Assembly (NCBI GenBank): GCA_963758295.1
Contig: CAVWUU010000004.1
Span: 800,001 to 864,000, forward strand
DNA: 64,000 nt
Origin: Candidatus Eremiobacteria bacterium
GTDB taxonomy: Bacteria; Vulcanimicrobiota; Vulcanimicrobiia; Vulcanimicrobiales; Vulcanimicrobiaceae
Direction: 5' to 3'
Position 1 is the stretch's first letter. The number at the start of each line of letters is the position of its first letter. The notes beneath the pieces are model-generated. The model saw only the letters and a program-made list of their open reading frames with translations. It ran no database searches and was not told where the DNA came from. Positions 37,424 through 45,808 of the stretch are shown here, piece after piece. The position numbers and the translations under genes are program-made.

Positions 37424-38805
37424 CGGCCACGACGACGGCGAAAGCTTTCTCGACAATCGACCCGGCGAGCGGCGAACCGCTCGAACGGTTTGAACGCTGG
37501 AGCGCGCAGCAGTTCGACGCAAAGCTAACACAAGCGCACGAAAGCGCGGCGCAGTGGGCCGCGACGCGCATGGAAGAACGCACCGCGCTGCTTCTCAGCG
37601 TCGCAAAAGGGCTGCGATCGCAACGCGATCACCTTGCGCGCACGGCGGTCCATGAAATGGGGAAGCCGTTCGCGCAAGCGCGATCGGAGGTCGAAAAGTG
37701 TGCGTGGTGCTGCGAGTACTTCGCGCACAACGGTCCCGCGATGCTGGCCGACCAACGCATTCAAACCGAAGCGTCCGAGAGCTTCGCCGCATTCCGCCCG
37801 CTCGGCGTGATCCTCGCCGTGATGCCGTGGAATTTCCCGTACTGGCAAGTCGTACGAGCCGCCGCACCAGCCATTATGGCGGGCAACGGGATCGCGCTCA
37901 AACACGCCGAGAGCACGACTCGTTGCGGCTTGGAATTGGAACGCGTTTTCAATGAAGCCGGTGCTCCGAGAGGATTGTTCACGGCGTTGCTCGTGACGAA
38001 TGACGAAGCCGACGAAAAAATTGCCGATCCGCGGATCGCCGCCGTAACGTTGACCGGAAGCGAGCGCGCCGGCGTTGCCGTCGCGACGGCAGCCGGCAAA
38101 GCGCTCAAGAAATGCGTGCTTGAACTCGGCGGTTCCGACGCGTTCGTCGTTTTCCGCGACGCGGATTTAGACAAAGCCGCCAAGACCGCCGTCACCGCGC
38201 GCTTTCAAAACAACGGGCAAAGCTGCATCGCCTCGAAACGCTTTATCGTGGACTCCGCGGTTCACGAAGAATTTGCCAAACGTTTCGTGGAAGCCGCGCG
38301 AGCGCAGCAGATCGGCGATCCGATGGACGACGCGACCCAGATCGGTCCCGTCGCGCGCGCCGACTTACGAGACACGCTGCACGAACAAGTTTCAGATACG
38401 GTCAAGGCCGGCGGAAAGCTGCTGCTTGGCGGAAAGCCGTTAAGTCGCGAGGGTTTCTTCTACGAGCCGACGATCGTAGACGACGTCCGGCCCGGCATGC
38501 GAATGTTCGACGAAGAGACGTTCGGGCCGGCTGCGGCAATCGTTATCGCGAGAGATGAAAATCACGCGATCGAGCTTGCGAACCAATCGAGTTACGGGCT
38601 TGGTTTTTCGCTGTGGACAGCAGACAAGGCCCGCGCGAAAGAGTTGGCCGCGAAGGTCGAAGCGGGCATGGTCTTTGTGAACGCCATCGTTGCCAGCGAT
38701 CCGCGTTTACCGTTCGGCGGCGTAAAGAAAAGCGGCTATGGCCGCGAGCTTTCGCCGTTCGGAATCCACGAATTCGTAAACGTCCAAACGGTTTCCATCG
38801 CTTAA
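37420..38805 (+). CDS. NAD-dependent succinate-semialdehyde dehydrogenase (Sad-type ALDH)
   Basis: VMPWNFPYWQ, LTGSERAG, LELGGSD, NNGQSCIA, EETFGP, PFGGVKKSGYGRE; ATGA overlap. Confidence 0.9.
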   Translation: MTATTTAKAFSTIDPASGEPLERFERWSAQQFDAKLTQAHESAAQWAATRMEERTALLLSVAKGLRSQRDHLARTAVHEMGKPFAQARSEVEKCAWCCEYFAHNGPAMLADQRIQTEASESFAAFRPLGVILAVMPWNFPYWQVVRAAAPAIMAGNGIALKHAESTTRCGLELERVFNEAGAPRGLFTALLVTNDEADEKIADPRIAAVTLTGSERAGVAVATAAGKALKKCVLELGGSDAFVVFRDADLDKAAKTAVTARFQNNGQSCIASKRFIVDSAVHEEFAKRFVEAARAQQIGDPMDDATQIGPVARADLRDTLHEQVSDTVKAGGKLLLGGKPLSREGFFYEPTIVDDVRPGMRMFDEETFGPAAAIVIARDENHAIELANQSSYGLGFSLWTADKARAKELAAKVEAGMVFVNAIVASDPRLPFGGVKKSGYGRELSPFGIHEFVNVQTVSIA

Positions 38806-39134
38806 ACCAAGTCGCGGTTCTCCGCGACGAGCTTCAGCAACGCCGGCGACCCGGTTTCTTTCGCGAACGGTTCCAGCACTCCGAGAAAGCGGCGCCAACG
38901 CATCGCCCGGCCGGCCTCGCTTCGGCGACCATTGAGCGCGTCGAGACAGAGGAGGGAAATGAGTCGTGCGCGGCGCCAGACGACGGGCGTCTGAGGCGGA
39001 AACGCTTCCAACAGCTGCATCGAGATGCGGCGGGAAAGCGCAAACGCTTCGGGTTCGAGCGCTAAAGCCAAGCGGCTTGGTAAAGCGGAATCCTCGCGGG
39101 GAGTTTCTACGACAAGCGATCTGACGGGTGTCAT
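38802..39134 (-). CDS. hypothetical protein, 110 aa
   Basis: ATG overlaps the MFS stop (ATGA at 39134-39131); the ORF fills the gap up to the convergent ALDH gene. Confidence 0.55.
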   Translation of the reverse strand: MTPVRSLVVETPREDSALPSRLALALEPEAFALSRRISMQLLEAFPPQTPVVWRRARLISLLCLDALNGRRSEAGRAMRWRRFLGVLEPFAKETGSPALLKLVAENRDLV

Positions 39135-40693
39135 GCGCGAACCTTTCCTTGAAGCAGCGCGACGAGCGGCACGGCAACGAATCCAAGCGCGCCGATGAGC
39201 GCAAAGGCATCGGCATACGAAAGTGTCCTGGCTTGCGACGTAACCAGTTGGTAAAGCGTTGCGAGCGGATGCGTTTGCAAGAACGCGACCACCGGCGGGT
39301 TGTGCAACGTGACGTTGCTTGCAAGCACGTTTTGATGAAACTCTTCCCGGCGATCCATCAACGTTACGAGCGAGGCCGCCGCGACGGAGCCGCCGAGTTG
39401 CGTCCACAGCGTTACAAAAGCCGACGCTTTAGGGGCGTCTTTCGGCGACACCGCGCGAAGCGCGCAGACCAGCAACGGCGTGAAGATAAAGGCGATTCCG
39501 AAGCCCGTCACGAGCAGCGGCGGGGCCAGCGTCCCGAGCGTTGCCCCGGTCACGGTAACGCGCGAAAGCCAAATCGACCCCGCAGCCGCAACGATAAGTC
39601 CGCCGGCGATGAGCAACCGCAAATCGATCCATTTTTGGTTCGCCAGCCGGCCGACCGGAATCGTGAGCAGGGCAATCGGCAGAGCACGAACGCCGATCAG
39701 CATGCCGGCGAGCGTCGAAGTAAAGCCCAGTTCACTGACGGTGAACTGCGGAAGCAAAAGCAGAACGCCGTAAATGCTCGTCGCAATGCCGGCCGCTACA
39801 AGTGAAGCCGCGGCGACGCCGCGCGTCGCCAACACACGCAAGTCGACGATGGGCACGGGCGTGCGCAGCTCCCACCAAACGAAAAGAGCGCCGGTCGCAA
39901 TCGCGACCATTGTTGCCAAAGAGATACCGGAGCTCGAGAACCAATCGTCGTGCTGGCCTTGATCGAGCACGTACTGCATCGAGGCAACGGCCACCGTTAG
40001 CAGCGCGATGCCCGTAACGTCGACCGCGCCGTCACGCTTGGGACTCTCACGCAACAACAATGCAAGCATCACGAACGCGATGATGCCCGGCACGATATTG
40101 ACGTCGAAAACCCACTGCCAAGACAGAGCATCGGTGATTATTCCGCCGAGTGTCGGCCCGATGGATGGTCCCAAGATCGCGCCCATCGCAAATATAGATT
40201 GACTCGTGCCGAGCTGCTCCGTGGGAAACGTTTCGCGTAGAATCACTTGCGCCATCGGCAGCAGGCCGCCGCCAAACGCGCCTTGGATGATTCGAAAAAG
40301 AATCAGCGCATCGAGCGACGTCGCCATTGCGCACAAGACCGATGCAACGGTGAATCCGGCAATGGAGATGAGGAAGTAGTTGCGGCGGCCGAACCGCGCC
40401 TGGAGCCACGGCGTCAACGGAATCACGACGACGTTTGCGATAACGTACGCGGTTACGACCCACGTCGCTTCGTCGACCGTCGCGCCGAGGTTGCCCTGAA
40501 TCGTAGGAAGCGCAACGTTGACGATGGTCGCGTCGACCGTTTGCAGCAGTGCGGCGAGCATGACGCCCGCGACGATCAGCGCACGACGCGCACCGTACTC
40601 GACGTACGACGGCGGAGCGCCGACGTGCAGGCACGTCGGGCGCGGAACAATAGGCAACAAGGCGCGCACGGGTGTGCGCACTGCGGCTTGCAT
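39131..40693 (-). CDS. DHA2 family (EmrB-like) MFS efflux permease
   Basis: DATIVNVALPTIQGNLG, RFGRR, FRIIQGAFGG, GPTLGG, WQWVFDVN, VLDQGQHDDWFSS. Confidence 0.92.
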   Translation of the reverse strand: MQAAVRTPVRALLPIVPRPTCLHVGAPPSYVEYGARRALIVAGVMLAALLQTVDATIVNVALPTIQGNLGATVDEATWVVTAYVIANVVVIPLTPWLQARFGRRNYFLISIAGFTVASVLCAMATSLDALILFRIIQGAFGGGLLPMAQVILRETFPTEQLGTSQSIFAMGAILGPSIGPTLGGIITDALSWQWVFDVNIVPGIIAFVMLALLLRESPKRDGAVDVTGIALLTVAVASMQYVLDQGQHDDWFSSSGISLATMVAIATGALFVWWELRTPVPIVDLRVLATRGVAAASLVAAGIATSIYGVLLLLPQFTVSELGFTSTLAGMLIGVRALPIALLTIPVGRLANQKWIDLRLLIAGGLIVAAAGSIWLSRVTVTGATLGTLAPPLLVTGFGIAFIFTPLLVCALRAVSPKDAPKASAFVTLWTQLGGSVAAASLVTLMDRREEFHQNVLASNVTLHNPPVVAFLQTHPLATLYQLVTSQARTLSYADAFALIGALGFVAVPLVALLQGKVRA

Positions 40694-40745
40694 CGGGGAC
40701 CTTTCTGAAAATTCTGCGCGCGTCGTAGACGCCGCTTCTCTGCAA

Positions 40746-40797
40746 TGCTAGGATAATGGCTGCGGCGTCCTATGACGAGACCGCCGTTATCCTAGCA
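40746..40797. promoter_or_regulatory. inverted repeat, probable operator of the divergent XRE/MmyB regulator
   Basis: TGCTAGGATAATGGC - 22 nt - GCCGTTATCCTAGCA (14/15 inverted match) in the 121-bp divergent gap. Confidence 0.6.
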
Positions 40798-40814
40798 CTG
40801 GAAGTGTAAGCCTC

Positions 40815-41660
40815 TTGCTTCAACCACATATCGATGAGCGGCGTGCCGAGCTGAGCGATTTTCTCCGCTCGCGTCGCGCCCGGCTCTCGCCGGCGGACGT
40901 CGGTCTTCTAGATGGACCGCGCCGGCGCACGCCAGGGTTGCGCCGCGAAGAAGTTGCGTTGCTCGCCAACATCGGCGCGACGTGGTATACGCGGCTCGAA
41001 CAGGGCCTGCCCATCAACGTCTCTACCGACGTCATCGAAGCCATCGCGCGTGCATTGCGGCTGTCGCGTTCTGAACGCCGTCACTTGTTCACGCTTGCAG
41101 GCCACTCGATTCCCGAGTCGGAGGAAGCACCGGACGAAGTCGTGGGCGATTTGCTTTTGCGCACGCTCGCGGCGCTAGAACCGAGCCCGGCATACATTCG
41201 CGGCCGGCATTGGGATTTGCTTGCATCCAATCGCGCTTGGCGCGCCGCTCTCTGCTACGACCCGAGCGACCCCGCCGATCGCCCGAACATGCTATGGAAC
41301 TTCTTCACCAAGCCGGAGTCGCGTGTTCGTCATCCGCAATGGGAGACGATAGGACCGAAAATCGTCGCCCAATTCCGCTCGGTCGCCGCGCGCTATCCGG
41401 AAGATCCGTCGTTCCGTTCGCTCATCGAGCGCCTTCAGGATCGCAGCGAACACTTCCGCCGCTGGTGGGCGCAGCACGATGTGTGCGAAGTGACGGAAGG
41501 CCTGAAGCACTTCTTCCATCCGCTTGTCGGCGAGTTGAAACTCGATCACACCGCCTTGTTGGTGCCGGATTTTCCGGACATGCGGCTTGTCGTGTACACA
41601 GCTGAACCCGGATCGGAATCCGAGCGCAAGCTTCAACTGCTGACGACACAACTTACTTGA
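40815..41660 (+). CDS. XRE family (MmyB-like) transcriptional regulator
   Basis: ELSDFLRSRRARLSP, RRTPGLRREEVALLA, WYTRLEQG, HPLVGEL, LVVYTAEPGS. Confidence 0.92.
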   Translation: MLQPHIDERRAELSDFLRSRRARLSPADVGLLDGPRRRTPGLRREEVALLANIGATWYTRLEQGLPINVSTDVIEAIARALRLSRSERRHLFTLAGHSIPESEEAPDEVVGDLLLRTLAALEPSPAYIRGRHWDLLASNRAWRAALCYDPSDPADRPNMLWNFFTKPESRVRHPQWETIGPKIVAQFRSVAARYPEDPSFRSLIERLQDRSEHFRRWWAQHDVCEVTEGLKHFFHPLVGELKLDHTALLVPDFPDMRLVVYTAEPGSESERKLQLLTTQLT

Positions 41661-42774
41661 CGTGAGCGGATATCCGTTCGATTCCCTCGCGAACTTTTTC
41701 GAGCGGAGCAACCCAACTCAAGCGCAGCCAGCCCTCGAAGCACTCGCCGAACGCCGAACCGGGAATCGTAAGCACGTCCCGCTTGTCCAGAATATCCAGC
41801 GCGCCGTCGAGCGATTTCGTCTCGTCCGGTAAACGCACGCACGCGTAAAAGCTTCCTTCGGGTTTGATGTAACGCAAGCGGCTCGCCTCTAAGGCGTCGA
41901 CAACGCCTTTCCACTGGTCGCGATACCAGCCCGCGTGTTCTTGCAGACCGCCCGGAGTCGTAAAGATACTAAGCGCAACTTGCTGCGCGAACGTATCCGC
42001 GCAGGACGTAACCCATGCGTGCGTCTTCACCGCTTGTTCGATGAACGCGTGCGGCGCAACGATCCACCCAAGGCGCAAGCCGGTGAGCGCGTTGCTTTTG
42101 CTCAACGAGTTCGTAACGATCGCATAGGGATAGAGCTTAGCGAGAAACGCTTCATCTTCGACGAAGGTTTGTTCGCGGTAGATCTCATCGTGGATCAGCC
42201 AAACCGGATCGCCGCCTCGCGACTCCAACGCGCGCACGAGCTTCTCCGCCTCACCGCGATTGATGACGCGCCCGGTAGGGTTATTCGGCGAACAAATCAC
42301 GATCGCGCGCGTTCGGCCGGTAAGACCGGCGAGAATACGATCCGCATCGATGCCGAAATCGTCGTCTTCGCTCATCTGCACCGCGCGCACCGCAACGCCT
42401 TCGAGCTTGGCCATCTTCGCGTACGCCGGAAAGGCCGGTTCTACGATCAGCAGTTCGTCCTTTGACGGATCCAGCAGCGTCTTGAGTGTTACGTACATCG
42501 CTTCTTGCGAACCGGTCGTGATGCAAACATTAGCGGCACGGTGCATTTCGGGATAGTTATAGTGCCCGGCGATCGCTTCACGAAGGTGATGGTCGCCGGC
42601 GTTGAGCGTGTACTTCATACCGTGCTCGCGCACGTACGCCATAGCTCGCTCGAGATGCGCGGCATTCGGCATCAACGACGGTTCGCCGAGTCCGAGATCG
42701 ATCGAAGTCGCCCGTTTCTTTGCGGCGACTTCGCGAATGAGCGATCCTTTGATGTCGAGGACTTTGGGATTCAC
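41653..42774 (-). CDS. PLP-dependent aminotransferase class I/II
   Basis: DLGLGEP, TTGSQEA, SPNNPTG, HDEIY, NSLSKSNALTGLRLGW. It follows dapD, so a DAP-pathway role is possible. Confidence 0.9.
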   Translation of the reverse strand: MNPKVLDIKGSLIREVAAKKRATSIDLGLGEPSLMPNAAHLERAMAYVREHGMKYTLNAGDHHLREAIAGHYNYPEMHRAANVCITTGSQEAMYVTLKTLLDPSKDELLIVEPAFPAYAKMAKLEGVAVRAVQMSEDDDFGIDADRILAGLTGRTRAIVICSPNNPTGRVINRGEAEKLVRALESRGGDPVWLIHDEIYREQTFVEDEAFLAKLYPYAIVTNSLSKSNALTGLRLGWIVAPHAFIEQAVKTHAWVTSCADTFAQQVALSIFTTPGGLQEHAGWYRDQWKGVVDALEASRLRYIKPEGSFYACVRLPDETKSLDGALDILDKRDVLTIPGSAFGECFEGWLRLSWVAPLEKVREGIERISAHVK

Positions 42775-42775
42775 G

Positions 42776-43606
42776 TTAAACGGCCACCTCGTACTCGCGA
42801 AGCACGGCGTTGAGCGACGTTTTTCGATCTGTGGCCTCGCTGCGGGTTCCGATGATGAGCGCGCACGGAACGCCGTACTCTCCGGCGGGGAAATGTTTCG
42901 GGATAGTCCCCGGAATCACGACGGCGCGAGCCGGGATCACGCCTTTTGTCGTAACGGCTTCGCTCTGGCGAACGTCGACGACCGGCGTACTCGCCGTCAA
43001 AACGACGCCCGCGCCAAGCACGGCTTCACGTTCCACACGCACGCCTTCCACGACGATGCAACGCGAGCCGACGAACGCGCCGTCTTCTACGATCACCGGT
43101 GAAGCTTGCGGCGGTTCCAAAACGCCGCCGATGCCCACGCCGCCGGAAAGATGCACGCCTTTGCCGATCTGCGCGCATGACCCGACGGTCGCCCACGTGT
43201 CGATCATGCTTCCTTCGTCTACGTAAGCGCCGATATTCACGTAGCCCGGCATCAGGATCACGCCGCGTCCGAGAAAGCTGCCGTAACGAGCGACACCGGG
43301 AGGCACGGCTCGCACGCCAAGCGCGTCGTAATTCCGTTTGACGGCAAGCTTATCGTAGAAAGCGAGCGCATCGCGCGACGGATCGCCGACCCATTGGAGA
43401 TTGCAACGTTGAAAATAGAGTAAGATCGCCTGCTTCACCCAGGCGTTTGTTTTCCAGGTACCGTCCGCACCAGGCTCCGCGACGCGGACGCGTCCTTCGT
43501 CCAATGCCGCAATAACTTCGTCGACTGCGCGTCCTTCAGAACCGCGAACGTCGCCGTTGCCGGCTGCAAGCGCTTCGATCTGCGCGCGAACTTCACCGAT
43601 GTCCAT
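42776..43606 (-). CDS. dapD: 2,3,4,5-tetrahydropyridine-2,6-dicarboxylate N-succinyltransferase
   Basis: NAWVKQAILLYF, VNIGAYVDEGSMIDTWATVGSCAQIGKGVHLSGGVGIGGVLEP. Confidence 0.95.
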   Translation of the reverse strand: MDIGEVRAQIEALAAGNGDVRGSEGRAVDEVIAALDEGRVRVAEPGADGTWKTNAWVKQAILLYFQRCNLQWVGDPSRDALAFYDKLAVKRNYDALGVRAVPPGVARYGSFLGRGVILMPGYVNIGAYVDEGSMIDTWATVGSCAQIGKGVHLSGGVGIGGVLEPPQASPVIVEDGAFVGSRCIVVEGVRVEREAVLGAGVVLTASTPVVDVRQSEAVTTKGVIPARAVVIPGTIPKHFPAGEYGVPCALIIGTRSEATDRKTSLNAVLREYEVAV

Positions 43607-43804
43607 GCCGGGCGTACCGTTACGCTTCAACGAAGCCGCAATCATCCTCACGCGTGCTTATCAGCCCTAATCCATTGATAATGCATCCTCGGGCATATTG
43701 CGGGGGTAAGAGTTACTAGAACGAAGGCGAATACCGCTTGTCCCCACCGGGGAAGCATAGTCGCCTCCGACACCGTAATTGCGCGCCATTCGTAAGGAGC
43801 TGCC

Positions 43805-45799
43805 GTGCCGAATTCGCCGGTCGACGAGAAACGCATCAATGCTATTCGATTTCTTGCCGTTGACGCCGTACAAAAAGCCAACTCCGGTCACCCCGGAATG
43901 CCGCTCGGCGCAGCCGCCATGGCGTACACGCTCTGGAGCCGCCACTTAAAATTCAACGCCGCCGACCCGCACTGGTTCGATCGCGACCGGTTCGTGCTTT
44001 CGGCCGGTCACGGGTCCATGCTTTTGTACGCGCTGCTGTATCTCACGGGCTACGGCCTAACGCTCGATGACTTGAAGAATTTCCGGCAGCTTGGCAGCAA
44101 GACTCCCGGACACCCGGAAGTCGGCCATGCGCCCGGCGTCGAGGCAACCACCGGCCCGCTTGGCCAGGGCATCGGCAACGCCCTCGGCATGGCGATCGCC
44201 GAGGCTCACCTGCGCGCCACCTACGGCGAGGAAATTTGCGACCACTTCACCTACGCGGTTTGCGGCGACGGTGACTTAATGGAAGGCATCAGCCAGGAAG
44301 CCGTCTCGCTCGCCGGCCATTTGAAGCTTGGCAAGCTCATCGTGCTTTACGACGACAACCTTGTCTCGCTCGCGGGGCCGACCGACGTAACGCTTACCGA
44401 CGACGCGTGCGCCCGGTTCGAAGCCAGCGGCTGGCACACACAGCTTGTAGACGTCACGCATGCGAACGACGTCGACGCGCTCGACCAGGCAATCCAAGTT
44501 GCAAAGAACGTTACCGACCGCCCGTCGATGATCGCCGTGCGAACGCATATCGGCTTCGGGTCGCCGCTGCAAGACTCGTTCAAGGCGCACGGTGAACCGC
44601 TCGGACCGGACAACGTCAAGAAGACGAAAGAAGAACTGGGCTGGCCCTCGGAACCCGACTTCTACGTTCCCGACGACGTCTTGAAATTCTATCGCGAGTT
44701 GGGGCGCAAAGGTGCCGAAGCGCAGAAGCAGTGGCAGCAAGGGTTCGAAAAATGGCAAAGCGCCAACGGCGACCTTGCGAAGCGACTCTTGCGCGCGTTA
44801 GACGGAAAGCTTCCCGCGAGTTTGCCGTGGCCCGAGTTTACCGCGGAAAACGGGAACGTAGCGACACGCGATGCCGGCGGCACGGTGATGAACGCCATCG
44901 CGGCCGCGCTTCCCGAGCTAGTCGGCGGTTCGGCGGATCTCGATCCGTCGACGAAGACGTACTTGAAAGGCCAGGGCGACTTCGAACCCAACAATTACGC
45001 CGGCCGCAACGTTCATTACGGCGTTCGCGAGCACGGCATGGCCGCGGCGACCAACGGCATCGCGCTTCACGGCGGCTTGATGCCTTTCTGCGCAACCTTT
45101 TTCAACTTCGTCGATTACATGAAGCCGTCGGTGCGTTTAGCGGCGCTCAGCGAATTACACGCGATCTTCGTCTTTACCCACGACTCGGTTTTCCTCGGCG
45201 AGGACGGACCGACGCACGAACCAATCGAACAACTCGCGATGCTCCGCGCAACGCCGCGCGTGAACGTCATGCGTCCGGCGGACGCGCTTGAAACACTCGA
45301 GGCGTGGAAGGTCGCGATAGATCCGCACAGCGGCTGTCCCTGGGCGCTGGTGTTGACGCGACAGAAGGTTCCGTTCCTCGGGAAACGTGAGGCGCGCGTG
45401 GACAAAGGCGCGTACGTTATCGCCGATTGCGAAGGCACACCCGATCTGTTGTTGCTTGCAACCGGCTCGGAAGTCGCGCTCGCGATCGATGCAAAGAAGA
45501 TTCTCGACGGGCAAGGAGTGCGCACGCGGGTCGTATCGATGCCATGTTGGGAACTCTTCGAGCAACAAGATCAACAGTATAAGGACGAAGTGCTTCCGCC
45601 GAACGTCACCGCTCGCATGTCCATAGAAGCCGCCGCAACCTTCGGTTGGGAAAAATGGGTAGGCGATCGCGGGTACGCATTCGGCATCGACCATTTCGGC
45701 CGTTCCGCGCCGGCGGCGAAAATCGCCGAAGCCTTGGGCTTTACGGCTGACAATATCGCCAAACTGGCGCTCGAAAAGTTTGCTCTCATCAGTCGCTAG
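43805..45799 (+). CDS. tkt: transketolase
   Basis: ANSGHPGMPLG, RDRFVLSAGHGSML, GDGDLMEG, GVREHGM, THDS...GEDGPTHEP; AAGGAG RBS. Confidence 0.97.
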   Translation: MPNSPVDEKRINAIRFLAVDAVQKANSGHPGMPLGAAAMAYTLWSRHLKFNAADPHWFDRDRFVLSAGHGSMLLYALLYLTGYGLTLDDLKNFRQLGSKTPGHPEVGHAPGVEATTGPLGQGIGNALGMAIAEAHLRATYGEEICDHFTYAVCGDGDLMEGISQEAVSLAGHLKLGKLIVLYDDNLVSLAGPTDVTLTDDACARFEASGWHTQLVDVTHANDVDALDQAIQVAKNVTDRPSMIAVRTHIGFGSPLQDSFKAHGEPLGPDNVKKTKEELGWPSEPDFYVPDDVLKFYRELGRKGAEAQKQWQQGFEKWQSANGDLAKRLLRALDGKLPASLPWPEFTAENGNVATRDAGGTVMNAIAAALPELVGGSADLDPSTKTYLKGQGDFEPNNYAGRNVHYGVREHGMAAATNGIALHGGLMPFCATFFNFVDYMKPSVRLAALSELHAIFVFTHDSVFLGEDGPTHEPIEQLAMLRATPRVNVMRPADALETLEAWKVAIDPHSGCPWALVLTRQKVPFLGKREARVDKGAYVIADCEGTPDLLLLATGSEVALAIDAKKILDGQGVRTRVVSMPCWELFEQQDQQYKDEVLPPNVTARMSIEAAATFGWEKWVGDRGYAFGIDHFGRSAPAAKIAEALGFTADNIAKLALEKFALISR

Positions 45800-45808
45800 G
45801 AGATAGTA

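Noticed and set aside
43607..43804. Riboswitch or sRNA between dapD and tkt
   Set aside because: No recognisable aptamer or terminator motif; consistent with a divergent promoter region.
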